Shown: positions 1 through 9,194, counted from the stretch's first letter. The stretch is 32,000 nucleotides of DNA from Nostoc sp. PCC 7120 = FACHB-418 (GCF_000009705.1 NC_003272.1:3360001-3392000); one strand, 5' to 3'. Numbers and translations are program-made. The notes: generated by a model from the letters alone, not told the origin.

Positions 1-64
1 GATATAAGTTCTAATTAGTCTAATTTTATTAAGATATATCAAGGTTTTTGGCAAACTAGAGTAT

Positions 65-1255
65 ATGCCTAATCAATTATCTAATCAAACCTTGTCTAAT
101 CAAACTGCTAGTTCATTAATCACCCTCGCGGTTGCCCCGGCAAAAGTTATCCGTGGCTGTAATATATTGCAGGTAGCCGCCACAGAAATTGCCAAATTGG
201 GCAGTCGTCCTTTAATTGTGGCAGGTAATAGCACCGTTGCTATCAGCCAAGAGAAACTACAGCCAATTTTAGAAGCCCAGAATCTGCACGTTGCCCAAGC
301 CTCTTATGGTGCAGATTGTGCGGAAGTTAGCTTAAAAGCCTTGAGGAAAGCAGCCAAAGAACATAAAGCCGATACGATTATCGGGATTGGTGGGGGCAAA
401 GCTTTAGATACAGCAAAGTTAGTTGCCCATCAGTTAGATATACCTATAGTCACAATTCCCACATCGGCAGCTACCTGTGCCGCTTGGACGGCGCTATCAA
501 ATGTATATTCTGAGGACGGGGCGTTTCTTTACGATGTGGCTTTATCTCGCTGTCCCGACTTGCTGATACTTGACTACGACTTGATCCAAACTGCACCACA
601 ACATACACTAGTGGCAGGGATTGGGGATGCGATCGCTAAATGGTATGAAGCTTCTGTTAGTAGTGGGCATTTAGAACAAACTTTAATTATCTCCGCAGTC
701 CAACAAGCGCGAGTTTTACGCGATATTTTATTCCAAAAGTCGGCAATTGCCTTACAACAACCAGGTAGTGAAGCTTGGCGGGAAGTTGTTGATGCCACAG
801 TTTTACTAGCTGGTGTCATCGGTGGACTCGGTGGGGCGCAGTGCCGTACAGTAGCCGCCCATGCAGTCCATAATGGTTTAACCCACATTGCCGGACACAG
901 TAGTATCCACGGTGAAAAAGTTGCCTACGGTATTTTGGTACAGCTGCGTCTGGAAGAAATGGTACAAGGTAATCAATTAGCAGCCGCCTCACGACAACAA
1001 CTATTAAAGTTTTATGCAGAGATTGGACTGCCACAAAAATTAGGAGACTTGGGGTTGGGTAATATTACCTTAGGCGAGTTACAAACAGCCGCCGAAATCG
1101 CTTTAACACCTCAATCTGACATTCATCGTCTACCATTCAAAGTTGTGTTGGAACAGTTAATGGCAGCGATGGTTTCTACCACTGCACCAACAGATAGTAG
1201 AGACTCAGTTCATCGTGTCTCCACCAGGGGAATAAGTGACGAGGTTGAGGAATGA
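65..1255 (+). CDS. Iron-containing (group III) alcohol/glycerol dehydrogenase family oxidoreductase
   Basis: 396-aa ORF. It has the glycine-rich nucleotide-binding motif GIGGGKALDTAK and the His-rich metal-site region AAHAVHNGLTH...IHGEKVAYG typical of the Fe-ADH/GldA fold. Its stop overlaps the next start (ATGA at 1252-1255). The N-terminal NQ-rich ~20 aa make the true start uncertain. Confidence 0.8.
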   Translation: MPNQLSNQTLSNQTASSLITLAVAPAKVIRGCNILQVAATEIAKLGSRPLIVAGNSTVAISQEKLQPILEAQNLHVAQASYGADCAEVSLKALRKAAKEHKADTIIGIGGGKALDTAKLVAHQLDIPIVTIPTSAATCAAWTALSNVYSEDGAFLYDVALSRCPDLLILDYDLIQTAPQHTLVAGIGDAIAKWYEASVSSGHLEQTLIISAVQQARVLRDILFQKSAIALQQPGSEAWREVVDATVLLAGVIGGLGGAQCRTVAAHAVHNGLTHIAGHSSIHGEKVAYGILVQLRLEEMVQGNQLAAASRQQLLKFYAEIGLPQKLGDLGLGNITLGELQTAAEIALTPQSDIHRLPFKVVLEQLMAAMVSTTAPTDSRDSVHRVSTRGISDEVEE

Positions 1256-2463
1256 GTTTCGATTGGATTACGCCAGCAGATAGGATACAGCAACTACCAC
1301 CTTATGTATTTGCCCGTCTTGACGAGCTGAAAGCTAAGGCAAGGGAGCAAGGAATTGATTTAATAGATTTGGGGATGGGGAATCCTGATGGCGCGACGCC
1401 ACAACCAGTGGTAGATGCGGCTATCCAAGCTTTGCAAGACCCCAAAAATCACGGTTACCCTCCCTTTGAAGGTACAGCAAGTTTCCGCCGTGCCATTACT
1501 AACTGGTACAATCGCCGCTATGGGGTTGTACTAGACCCTGATAGTGAAGCCTTACCCCTACTCGGTTCTAAAGAAGGATTATCTCATTTAGCGATCGCCT
1601 ATGTGAACCCTGGCGATGTGGTGCTGGTTCCTTCTCCCGCCTACCCCGCCCATTTTCGTGGCCCGGTAATCGCTGGGGGTACAGTCCACAGCTTAATTCT
1701 TAAACCTGAGAATGACTGGTTAATTGATTTAACCGCCATTCCTGAAGAAGTTGCCAGAAAAGCCAAAATATTATACTTTAACTATCCCAGCAACCCCACA
1801 GGCGCAACTGCACCCCGTGAATTTTTCGAGGAAATTGTGGCATTTGCCCGCAAATACGAAATTCTCTTGGTGCATGATTTGTGTTATGCCGAGTTAGCCT
1901 TTGATGGCTATCAACCCACCAGCTTACTAGAAATTCCTGGCGCAAAAGATATCGGCGTGGAGTTCCACACCTTATCGAAAACCTACAATATGGCTGGTTG
2001 GCGTGTGGGCTTTGTTGTGGGGAATCGTCATGTAATTCAAGGCTTGCGGACACTCAAAACCAACCTGGACTATGGCATTTTCGCCGCCTTGCAAACAGCC
2101 GCCGAAACAGCCTTACAACTACCAGATATTTATCTGCACGAAGTACAACAACGCTACCGCACCCGTCGGGATTTCCTCATCCAAGGATTAGGCGAGTTGG
2201 GCTGGGATGTTCCCAAGACCAAAGCCACCATGTATCTGTGGGTGAAATGTCCTGTGGGTATGGGTTCAACGGATTTCGCCCTCAACTTGTTGCAACAAAC
2301 AGGCGTTGTCGTCACCCCTGGTAATGCCTTTGGGGTTGCCGGGGAGGGATATGTGCGGATAAGCTTAATTGCAGATTGCGATCGTTTAGGTGAAGCCTTA
2401 GACCGAATTAAGCAAGCTGGCATCCGTTATCGTCCAGAAGCTCTCGTTTCTGCCCCAGAATAG
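1252..2463 (+). CDS. PLP-dependent class I/II aminotransferase (aspartate/alanine/LL-DAP-like)
   Basis: 403-aa ORF with LPPYVFARLDELK, GMGNPDG, NYPSNPTG and the PLP-lysine motif SKTYNMAGWRVG. It is translationally coupled to the upstream dehydrogenase. Confidence 0.88.
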   Translation: MSFDWITPADRIQQLPPYVFARLDELKAKAREQGIDLIDLGMGNPDGATPQPVVDAAIQALQDPKNHGYPPFEGTASFRRAITNWYNRRYGVVLDPDSEALPLLGSKEGLSHLAIAYVNPGDVVLVPSPAYPAHFRGPVIAGGTVHSLILKPENDWLIDLTAIPEEVARKAKILYFNYPSNPTGATAPREFFEEIVAFARKYEILLVHDLCYAELAFDGYQPTSLLEIPGAKDIGVEFHTLSKTYNMAGWRVGFVVGNRHVIQGLRTLKTNLDYGIFAALQTAAETALQLPDIYLHEVQQRYRTRRDFLIQGLGELGWDVPKTKATMYLWVKCPVGMGSTDFALNLLQQTGVVVTPGNAFGVAGEGYVRISLIADCDRLGEALDRIKQAGIRYRPEALVSAPE

Positions 2464-2492
2464 AGATAGCAGCCCTTTATTGACTTTCATTC

Positions 2493-2819
2493 ATGCAAAC
2501 CCCCACTGCTACCGTTCCTCATTTCATCGCTGCCGGTTTCCATGCTCTTTCTGATCCTATCAGGATTAATGTCTTGGAATTACTTCGTCAGCGAGAATTG
2601 TGCGTCTGTGACTTGTGCGAAGCTTTGGGGGTAAGTCAATCAAAACTGTCTTTTCACCTCAAAACTCTCAAAGAAGCTAGTTTAGTTAACTCCCGTCAAC
2701 AAGGGCGCTGGATTTATTACAGTCTGAATTTGCCTCAATTTGCTGTGTTAGAAAAGTATTTGACAGATTACCAACACTTTGGGCAAGTATTACCTGCACG
2801 CTGCTGTGATAATAAGTAG
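2493..2819 (+). CDS. arsR: ArsR/SmtB-family metalloregulator with an ELCVCDLC metalloid-binding motif
   Basis: 108-aa ORF. The winged-HTH core ELCVCDLCEALGVSQSKLSFHLKTLKEASLV includes the ELCVCDL motif known from As(III)-sensing ArsR repressors. Confidence 0.8.
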   Translation: MQTPTATVPHFIAAGFHALSDPIRINVLELLRQRELCVCDLCEALGVSQSKLSFHLKTLKEASLVNSRQQGRWIYYSLNLPQFAVLEKYLTDYQHFGQVLPARCCDNK

Positions 2820-2885
2820 CCGATAATAGGTTAGGACTGACGCTGGGCAAGGGTATAGGGATTTATATAACTAAATTCCTTTGCA

Positions 2886-2910
2886 GTAGGGTGGGCATTG
2901 CCCACCCTAC
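2886..2910. terminator. Perfect 12+1+12 palindrome GTAGGGTGGGCA-T-TGCCCACCCTAC, a likely terminator or dispersed palindromic element
   Basis: Read directly from the sequence. It lies 67 nt downstream of the arsR stop, between convergent genes. Confidence 0.5.
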
Positions 2911-2947
2911 TTATATTTCAGAAATCAAATACTAGTTCTATAGTAAA

Positions 2948-2976
2948 CAACCCCTCACTTATTTAATGAGGGGTTG
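2948..2976 (-). terminator. Stem-loop CAACCCCTCA-N9-TGAGGGGTTG downstream of the minus-strand ORF that ends at 2985
   Basis: 10-bp GC-rich inverted repeat seen in the sequence, positioned just 3' of the minus-strand ORF. Confidence 0.5.
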
Positions 2977-2984
2977 AGGTAGTT

Positions 2985-3480
2985 CTAAACAACGTGATAC
3001 GCAGTTATTACCAACTTTTGGTCTGGACTATATATTGACTCAACTCTCGGATAACTACTATGAATCCACCAGACTTTTACTCTATTTCCTTGTGCTGGCG
3101 CGCTTCCTGATTTTGAGTACCCTGCACTAGTCATCGTTGTTTCAAATGCGCTTGAGTCTAAGACAGTAGTACTAAAAGCTGGAAGTCCCTGTATCAGATG
3201 CTTGTTTAGGGTCATAGTTGCCCTGGTAGGTCGAGAAAATCCTATACCCTGGTAATACTAAAGCAATTCCGGTATCACTGTGAATTATTCCTGGATATTT
3301 GTAAGGATGATCATCCGGTACACTACCACCAATCCGAACACTAAAGGCTGGCAACCAAATATATAAGCCAGGGATTAGCAAATCCATACTATAAGTAATG
3401 GCCCTCATTTGCTCATTTTCTTTAGGGGCAGCGATATTTCTTATTCTCAATCCGAAGCTTGGTTTTGTGACACTTAGCAT
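2985..3480 (-). pseudogene. Hypothetical gene split into two overlapping frames (3172..3480 and 2985..3215); a frameshifted gene or two small ORFs
   Basis: The two minus-strand ORFs overlap by 44 nt in different frames, and a terminator-like hairpin follows the second. I recognise no family motif. Confidence 0.3.
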
Positions 3481-3481
3481 A

Positions 3482-3676
3482 GTTTCAATCCCGTAAGGGG
3501 ATTTTTAATTTGTTAATTTCCTTGTGAAAATTAGCTGGTCGTCTTAGAAGTTGTGGGAGTTTCTTTCCCTAATAGGGATTGTATCTTGATACTTTCTATT
3601 AATTACAAGTTTTAAGAGTTTCAATCCCTATTAGGGATTATATCTTGACATTCTCTATTAAAAATCCGTTTAAGTC
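3482..3676. repeat. Three CRISPR-repeat-like units (starts 3482, 3559, 3618); the last two form a 59-bp tandem duplication
   Basis: Units begin GTTTCAATCCCGTAAGGGGATT / GTTTCTTTCCCTAATAGGGATT / GTTTCAATCCCTATTAGGGATT. On the minus strand they read AATCCCTAATAGGGATTGAAAC, i.e. a hairpin plus an ATTGAAAC tail like cyanobacterial CRISPR repeats. The sequence between units 2 and 3 is itself repeated, so there are no unique spacers. Confidence 0.5.
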
Positions 3677-3925
3677 TGAAACGACCTTGTAAAAAGGGTT
3701 ATACGCTTTATCTTACTGAACCTGATAGAAGAATGCGACTGCCTCACAGTCAATAATCAAAATCAAGGTTTTTGGACTGTGGACTATTGACCACCCTCAG
3801 AAGAGTTTTTTGGTTCAGTGCGTAAGTCCTAATTGCTTTATATCGGTCTATACGGAGGGCAAACTGCTCAAGTGACTCATATTATAAGCGATTGAGTACT
3901 GAGTAGAAAAACTCTGAAACCGACG

Positions 3926-4696
3926 ATGAAAAACCTAATTTTTATTGCTACTACTTTTATAACTACAATTAGTTTGACCAATATTGCCCAAGCCGCAAAT
4001 CAAGAACATATTAGACAGTTGTTGGCAACTAAGCAATGTCAAAACTGTGACTTGAGTGGTGCTGGTTTAGTGATGGCTGACTTAACTGGAGCCAATTTAA
4101 GCGGCGCTAACCTTGCGGGTGCAAATCTGAGCCGGGCAAATTTGAGTGGTGCTGATTTGCGCGGCGCAAACTTAAGTGGTGCGGGTTTATTTGGGGTGAA
4201 CTTGAGTGAAGCCAAACTCGGTGGAGCAAATTTAGCCGGTGCTGATTTAAGAAGTACATTTTTAAGTAATGCCGAATTTACTGGTGCATATTTGCAGGGA
4301 ACTAACTTTCAAGGTGCGTTAGGGATACCATTGCAAATTGCGACACCAGACGAATTTTATGCTTTGGGTGTAGCAGAGGCACAAAAAGGCAATCAACAAC
4401 AGGCTATTAATTATTTTAACCAGGCGATCGCATCTAAACCAGAATACGCTGGTGCATATTTAGCCCGTGGTATTGCTCGATACCAGCTATTTGACCGCCA
4501 AGGTGCAGCCCAAGATGCCCAAACCGCAGAAAAACTCTTTACCTCTCAAGATAACGCCACAGGAATACAAACAGCCCAAGCTTTCATCAAAGAACTACAA
4601 ACACCATACACAGAAAAGTTAAGTGCCGGTAAACCCAGTTTTTTCGACTTTTTAGGCAGTCTAGGTTCAGTATTGCTACAGTTCCTACCATTTTGA
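3926..4696 (+). CDS. Secreted pentapeptide-repeat protein with a C-terminal TPR-like region
   Basis: Signal peptide MKNLIFIATTFITTISLTNIAQA. About 20 tandem A(D/N)LxG pentapeptides (ANLSGANLAGANLSRANLSGADLRGANLSGAGL...). TPR-like segment ALGVAEAQKGNQQQAINYFNQAIASKPEYAGAYLARGIARYQL. Confidence 0.88.
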   Translation: MKNLIFIATTFITTISLTNIAQAANQEHIRQLLATKQCQNCDLSGAGLVMADLTGANLSGANLAGANLSRANLSGADLRGANLSGAGLFGVNLSEAKLGGANLAGADLRSTFLSNAEFTGAYLQGTNFQGALGIPLQIATPDEFYALGVAEAQKGNQQQAINYFNQAIASKPEYAGAYLARGIARYQLFDRQGAAQDAQTAEKLFTSQDNATGIQTAQAFIKELQTPYTEKLSAGKPSFFDFLGSLGSVLLQFLPF

Positions 4697-5347
4697 ATGC
4701 TTAATTTTGAATTGGAGGTAAGCGACTTGACTTTCTCAAATCAACTTTGGACAGCAAATCAAGATTTAGCCGCAGCTTGCCTAGAGCATCCTTTTGTTCA
4801 AGGTATTGGTAATGGTAGCCTGGAGGAGCAAAAATTTGCTTATTATGTAGGGCAGGATGCTTTTTTCTTAGCAGCCTTCGCCCGTGCTTACAGTATTGCT
4901 GCGGCTAAATCACCAGACTGGATAGGTTTTACTACGTTTCACAATTTAGCTGGTGGTGTATTGGCAGAGATGCGTCTACATGAAAGCTACGCAGTCCAAT
5001 GGGGAGTTGATTTACATTCTGTGCAACCAGGAGTGGCTACCCGTCGCTATACCGATTTTTTGTTGGCTACTGCTTGGGGTGGAGATGTAGGTTTAACTGC
5101 TGCGGCCATGTCTCCTTGTATGCGTCTGTATGCTTTTTTGGGAGAACAGTTAGCTAAGAATGGTATTCCTAATCATCAATACGCTGATTGGATTCGGACT
5201 TACTGTAGTGCTGATTTTCTACCATTAGTACAACAATTGGAAAGTTTAGTAGAAAACTATGCTACTGCTAATACCTTAACCAGTTCAACTTATCGCTACG
5301 CCATGCTTTGCGAACAAGAATTTTTTCAAGCAGCCTGGATGATTTAA
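4697..5347 (+). CDS. tenA: TenA/thiaminase-II family (haem-oxygenase-like fold) protein
   Basis: 216-aa ORF with HPFVQGIGNGSLEEQKFAYYVGQDAFFLAAFARAYS and the Cys-containing motif SPCMRLYAFLG typical of TenA_C enzymes. The ATG directly abuts the upstream stop (TGAATG). Confidence 0.75.
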   Translation: MLNFELEVSDLTFSNQLWTANQDLAAACLEHPFVQGIGNGSLEEQKFAYYVGQDAFFLAAFARAYSIAAAKSPDWIGFTTFHNLAGGVLAEMRLHESYAVQWGVDLHSVQPGVATRRYTDFLLATAWGGDVGLTAAAMSPCMRLYAFLGEQLAKNGIPNHQYADWIRTYCSADFLPLVQQLESLVENYATANTLTSSTYRYAMLCEQEFFQAAWMI

Positions 5348-5360
5348 TCACAGCACATTC

Positions 5361-5518
5361 TATAGAACTCATATTTGATTTTTGAATAAAACTCAGTACA
5401 CATTTATTGCTTTCTTCCCAATCCCCATTACCCCTTATCCCCAGAGGGGGCCCCACCTTCCCCAGTCCCCAGTCCCTTACCTCTACGAGTGATTCAGAAA
5501 TCAAATCGGATTGCTATA
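5361..5518. mobile_element. About 158-bp MITE with terminal inverted repeats matching the IS630-family element at 10747-11942
   Basis: The left end TATAGAACTCATATTTGATTTTTGAATAA matches the reverse complement of the IS right end (TATAGGAATCCTATTTGATTTTTGAATAA) at 26/29. The right end TTCAGAAATCAAATCGGATTGCTATA matches the IS right end TTCAAAAATCAAATAGGATTCCTATA at 23/26. No ORF. It contains the STRR heptamers CCCCAGT CCCCAGT (5460-5476). TA dinucleotides lie at both ends. Confidence 0.6.
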
Positions 5519-5519
5519 C

Positions 5520-6758
5520 TTATTTGACTTGAGTGACTCGCCAACTGAGGCGCAAGTTTACCCAGAAGTTCCAAACAGTGGCTATGGCGATCGCAATCAG
5601 GTTGGCAATATAGCGGTTAGGAATGAGATAATTAAAGATAATATTCAATATCAGTACATTCAGCACTACCCCGGCTAGACAAACAATATTAAATTTTAAA
5701 AATCGCTTCACACGTTGATTCCAACCTCTTTGCTGCATTGATACGTCGGCAAATGTCCAGGCATCATTCCAGAGAAAATTGTTGAAAATCGCTATTTCTG
5801 AAGCAATAATTTTACTGCGGGTCAGTGGCCAGGCTAGTGTTGATGGGTCACTTAGTAGGTAAAGTATTACCATATCTACAAATACACCACTCAACCCTAC
5901 CAAACCAAAACGGATGAATTTATCCAAGGGAAAGCTTTGATGAATCCTTTGCAATCTGCCGGTGGAGACTCGCAAGCGAATTAAATGGTGGATGTAATCT
6001 ACATACTGCTTCCAAGTAACTTTGCTCTCACCTTCTTGGCGTTCACAGAATACATAACCCGCTTCGGCAATTTCGTCTACTTTACCTCGCCCAATCACTT
6101 CTAATAAAATTTTGTATCCTACCGGATTAAAGGTGGCATTGGTAATACAGTTGCGCCGCACCATAAAATAACCACTCATCGGGTCAGAAACCCTACCCAA
6201 TACACTGGGTAGAATGACTAGTCCTAATAATTGCGCCCCACGAGACAAAAAACGTCTGATAAAACTCCAGCTACTTACACCACCGCCATCTACGTGACGA
6301 CTAGCTACAGCTAAATCTGCACCCCTATGGATTTTACTTAAAAGTTCCAGCAATACATGGGGTGGATGCTGCAAATCTCCATCAATGACCCCTAAAATGC
6401 TACCTCTAGCTACTTGCCACCCACGAATTACGGCTGTAGATAGTCCTCTTTCTTCCTGCCGTCGCATCACTCGTAACTGTGGATATTCTGCCGTCAAAGA
6501 TAGGGCTACCTCCCAAGTGCCATCTGGGCTATCATCATCTACTACAATCAGTTCATAATCTCCCGGTATAAACTCATCCAGTATCTGACTTAATCTCTCA
6601 ATGACATTCCTAATATTCCCGCTCTCTTTATAAGTAGGAATAATGAGAGAAAACTGGATGGGTTGACCAGTCACACCCGAATCACTAGGTGGAAACTCAG
6701 GAACTTGTAAATTACCTGCGGGTACTGGCAACAATGACTGAGTTTTATTGATACTCAT
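5520..6758 (-). CDS. Family 2 glycosyltransferase (polyprenyl-phosphate sugar synthase-like) fused to a C-terminal GtrA-like membrane domain
   Basis: 412-aa ORF with IIPTYKESGNI, VVDDDSPDGT and DGDLQH (DxD). The C-terminal ~130 aa hold 4 hydrophobic helices (RFGLVGLSGVFVDMVILYLL...) as in GtrA. Confidence 0.85.
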   Translation of the reverse strand: MSINKTQSLLPVPAGNLQVPEFPPSDSGVTGQPIQFSLIIPTYKESGNIRNVIERLSQILDEFIPGDYELIVVDDDSPDGTWEVALSLTAEYPQLRVMRRQEERGLSTAVIRGWQVARGSILGVIDGDLQHPPHVLLELLSKIHRGADLAVASRHVDGGGVSSWSFIRRFLSRGAQLLGLVILPSVLGRVSDPMSGYFMVRRNCITNATFNPVGYKILLEVIGRGKVDEIAEAGYVFCERQEGESKVTWKQYVDYIHHLIRLRVSTGRLQRIHQSFPLDKFIRFGLVGLSGVFVDMVILYLLSDPSTLAWPLTRSKIIASEIAIFNNFLWNDAWTFADVSMQQRGWNQRVKRFLKFNIVCLAGVVLNVLILNIIFNYLIPNRYIANLIAIAIATVWNFWVNLRLSWRVTQVK

Positions 6759-7199
6759 GTATTAGAATTCAGGTGGTAGAAGATTCTTTTATGACATTAA
6801 CTGTATCTGCTTAAGTATACATAGAGTCAGTAGATATTCTTCATGAAATCTTCAATATTTTTCTCGGTGAAATCAGCTATCGGATACAAGTATTTTATCT
6901 CTGTATCTAAATTTTCCCGACTCAAAGACGTTACTAGGCACTAGATTTATCTATAATGCTGTTGAATCACGAATGTAATGTTGTTATTTGAATTATTATA
7001 CAATTTACGATTTATCTATTGACAAATATACATATATGTGAATTTGACTAGATGACAAATCATCATCAATCTAGACTATAGGTGATGGTAAGCAGATGAA
7101 TTTTCTTTCAAGATGGATGCAAATTAGTACATCATCTGCATGAGAAAATACAGGTAATACAATCGCAACACAAGCGATGAAGGCACAGAAGGAAAAACG

Positions 7200-8891
7200 A
7201 TGTCGGAGAATTTTAGAAGCAAGGCTATCACACAAGGGGTACAGCGATCGCCTAACAGAGCAATGCTGCGGGCTGTTGGTTTTCAGGATGCAGATTTTAC
7301 CAAAGCCATTGTAGGTGTTGCCAATGGTTACAGCACGATTACCCCGTGTAATATGGGGATAAATCAACTAGCACAAAGGGCAGAAGCTGGTATAAATACT
7401 GCTGGAGCAAAGCCGCAAATATTCGGTACAATTACGATTAGTGATGGGATTTCGATGGGAACCGAAGGGATGAAATATTCCCTGGTATCACGAGAAGTAA
7501 TCGCTGACTCCATTGAAACCGTTTGTAATGGGCAAAGTTTAGACGGGGTAATTGCCATTGGTGGCTGTGATAAGAATATGCCAGGGGCAATGATTGCGAT
7601 CGCCCGGATAAATATCCCTGCTATCTTTGTTTACGGTGGCACAATTAAACCCGGACATTACAACGGTAAAGATTTAACTGTTGTCAGTTCTTTTGAGGCT
7701 GTTGGTGAGTACAGCGCCGGTAAAATTGACGAAAATGAACTGTTAGCAGTAGAACGCAATGCTTGTCCTGGTGCAGGTTCCTGCGGTGGGATGTACACAG
7801 CAAATACCATGTCCTCTGCTTTTGAAGCACTGGGGATGAGTTTGCCCTATTCGTCTACAATGGCGGCAGAAGATGACGAAAAAGCTGATAGTACGGAAGA
7901 ATCAGCCAAGGTATTGGTAGAGGCGATTCGTCATCAATTATTACCCAGACAGATTATCACTCGTAAGTCCATAGAAAACGCCATATCTGTAATTATGGCT
8001 GTGGGTGGTTCTACTAATGCGGTGTTACATTTTCTAGCGATCGCCCGTGCGGCTGGTGTAGAACTAAATCTGGACGACTTTGAAACTATTCGTGGTCGTG
8101 TCCCCGTTTTGTGCGACTTGAAACCAAGCGGTAGATATGTGGCTACAGACCTGCACAAAGCTGGTGGTATACCCCAAGTCATGAAAATGTTACTCGTGCA
8201 TGGTTTACTCCACGGCGACTGTATGACCATCACAGGTAAAACCATTGCCGAAGTTTTAGCAGATATCCCAGAAGAACCATCGCCTAATCAAGATGTAATT
8301 CGTCCTTGGAATAACCCCATGTATGCCCAAGGCCACTTGGCTATACTCAAAGGTAATTTGGCAACAGAAGGCGCAGTTGCCAAAATTACTGGTGTGAAAA
8401 ATCCTGTGATTACAGGGCCAGCCAAAGTATTTGAATCAGAAGAGGATTGTTTAGATGCAATTTTGGCAGGTAAAATTAAAGCCGGTGACGTGATTGTCAT
8501 CCGCTACGAAGGCCCCAAAGGCGGCCCTGGGATGCGAGAAATGTTAGCCCCCACCTCAGCTATTATCGGTGCAGGTTTAGGCGACTCAGTGGGACTAATT
8601 ACCGATGGACGCTTCTCCGGTGGTACTTACGGTATGGTTGTGGGACACGTTGCACCAGAAGCAGCCGTTGGTGGGGCGATCGCTCTGGTACAAGAAGGTG
8701 ATAGCATCACAATTGATGCCCACGCCCGTTCTTTGCAGTTGAACATATCAGACGAAGAATTAACCCGTCGTCGTGCCAATTGGCAACCCCGTCCCCCACG
8801 TTACACTACAGGCATACTGGCAAAATACGCCAAGTTGGTAGCTTCTAGTAGTGTGGGTGCTGTCACCGATTTAGACTTATTCAATAAATAG
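7200..8891 (+). CDS. ilvD: Dihydroxy-acid dehydratase
   Basis: 563-aa ORF with the N-terminus [22 protein letters not shown], plus [19 protein letters not shown] and ITDGRFSGG. Confidence 0.97.
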   Translation: MSENFRSKAITQGVQRSPNRAMLRAVGFQDADFTKAIVGVANGYSTITPCNMGINQLAQRAEAGINTAGAKPQIFGTITISDGISMGTEGMKYSLVSREVIADSIETVCNGQSLDGVIAIGGCDKNMPGAMIAIARINIPAIFVYGGTIKPGHYNGKDLTVVSSFEAVGEYSAGKIDENELLAVERNACPGAGSCGGMYTANTMSSAFEALGMSLPYSSTMAAEDDEKADSTEESAKVLVEAIRHQLLPRQIITRKSIENAISVIMAVGGSTNAVLHFLAIARAAGVELNLDDFETIRGRVPVLCDLKPSGRYVATDLHKAGGIPQVMKMLLVHGLLHGDCMTITGKTIAEVLADIPEEPSPNQDVIRPWNNPMYAQGHLAILKGNLATEGAVAKITGVKNPVITGPAKVFESEEDCLDAILAGKIKAGDVIVIRYEGPKGGPGMREMLAPTSAIIGAGLGDSVGLITDGRFSGGTYGMVVGHVAPEAAVGGAIALVQEGDSITIDAHARSLQLNISDEELTRRRANWQPRPPRYTTGILAKYAKLVASSSVGAVTDLDLFNK

Positions 8892-8972
8892 GCGGTAAAT
8901 TCCAAAAAAGCCTCCTATTTTTAGATTTTGCATTTTGAATTAGTGCAGAATCACCTTTCTTGATTTTAAGTT

Positions 8973-9194
8973 TTAATTAGACGTGAGTTCGACGAATAAA
9001 ACAACCCTCTCCTCTAGATGCGGCTACCCGCCTGCAAGGAGAAGCCACCGCGTTGTAGCAAGTGGCGTAGAGGCTTTAAAACCCCATTTCTCGTTGAGAT
9101 GTTAGCTCTTTACTCCCCTCTCCGTGTCGGAGCGAAAAGTCTCAGGGGCTGGGGGAGAGGTCAAAAAAGACTTGTCGAACTCACGTTGAATTAG
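8973..9194. repeat. About 220-bp palindromic (MITE-like) intergenic element
   Basis: The terminal inverted repeats TTAATTAGACGTGAGTTCGACGAA (8973-8996) and CTTGTCGAACTCACGTTGAATTAG (9171-9194) share a 13-bp perfect core. Internal CCCTCTCC / GGGGAGAGG arms and the GCCAC-N13-GTGGC hairpin add structure. No ORF. Confidence 0.45.

Noticed and set aside
38-51. 14-mer ATCAAGGTTTTTGG shared between the upstream regions of the genes at 65 and 3926 (second copy at 3762-3775), considered as a possible common operator
   Set aside because: One or two exact 14-mer coincidences are expected by chance among all position pairs in 32 kb of AT-rich DNA, and there is no palindromic structure.
574-2423. Antisense or alternative-frame ORFs inside the dehydrogenase and aminotransferase genes (574..888-, 816..1034-, 1778..2053-, 1998..2324+, 2154..2423-)
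   Set aside because: They lie entirely within strongly motif-supported genes. Their products are compositionally odd (Arg/Cys/Trp/Ser-rich) with no motifs. These are typical shadow ORFs.
2854-2942. A second complete MITE around the GTAGGGTGGGCA palindrome
   Set aside because: Only the right end (2917-2942) resembles the IS630 inverted repeat (about 21/26). The putative left end TATAGGGATTTATAT matches poorly. It is mentioned only as a possible decayed copy.
3482-3676. A functional CRISPR array
   Set aside because: There are only three degenerate units with unequal spacing (77 and 59 bp). The inter-repeat sequence of units 2 and 3 is itself duplicated, so there are no unique spacers. No cas genes lie in the window. 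It is kept as a CRISPR-repeat-like repeat only.
5268-5504. 78-aa minus-strand ORF
   Set aside because: It overlaps the tenA 3' end and then runs through the MITE and STRR sequence. The GDWGLG-type peptide is just the translation of CCCCAGT repeats.
7071-8500. ORFs 7071..7367-, 7364..7558-, 7934..8245- and 8288..8500-
   Set aside because: They are antisense to, or overlap, ilvD, which is unambiguous. No motifs were seen.
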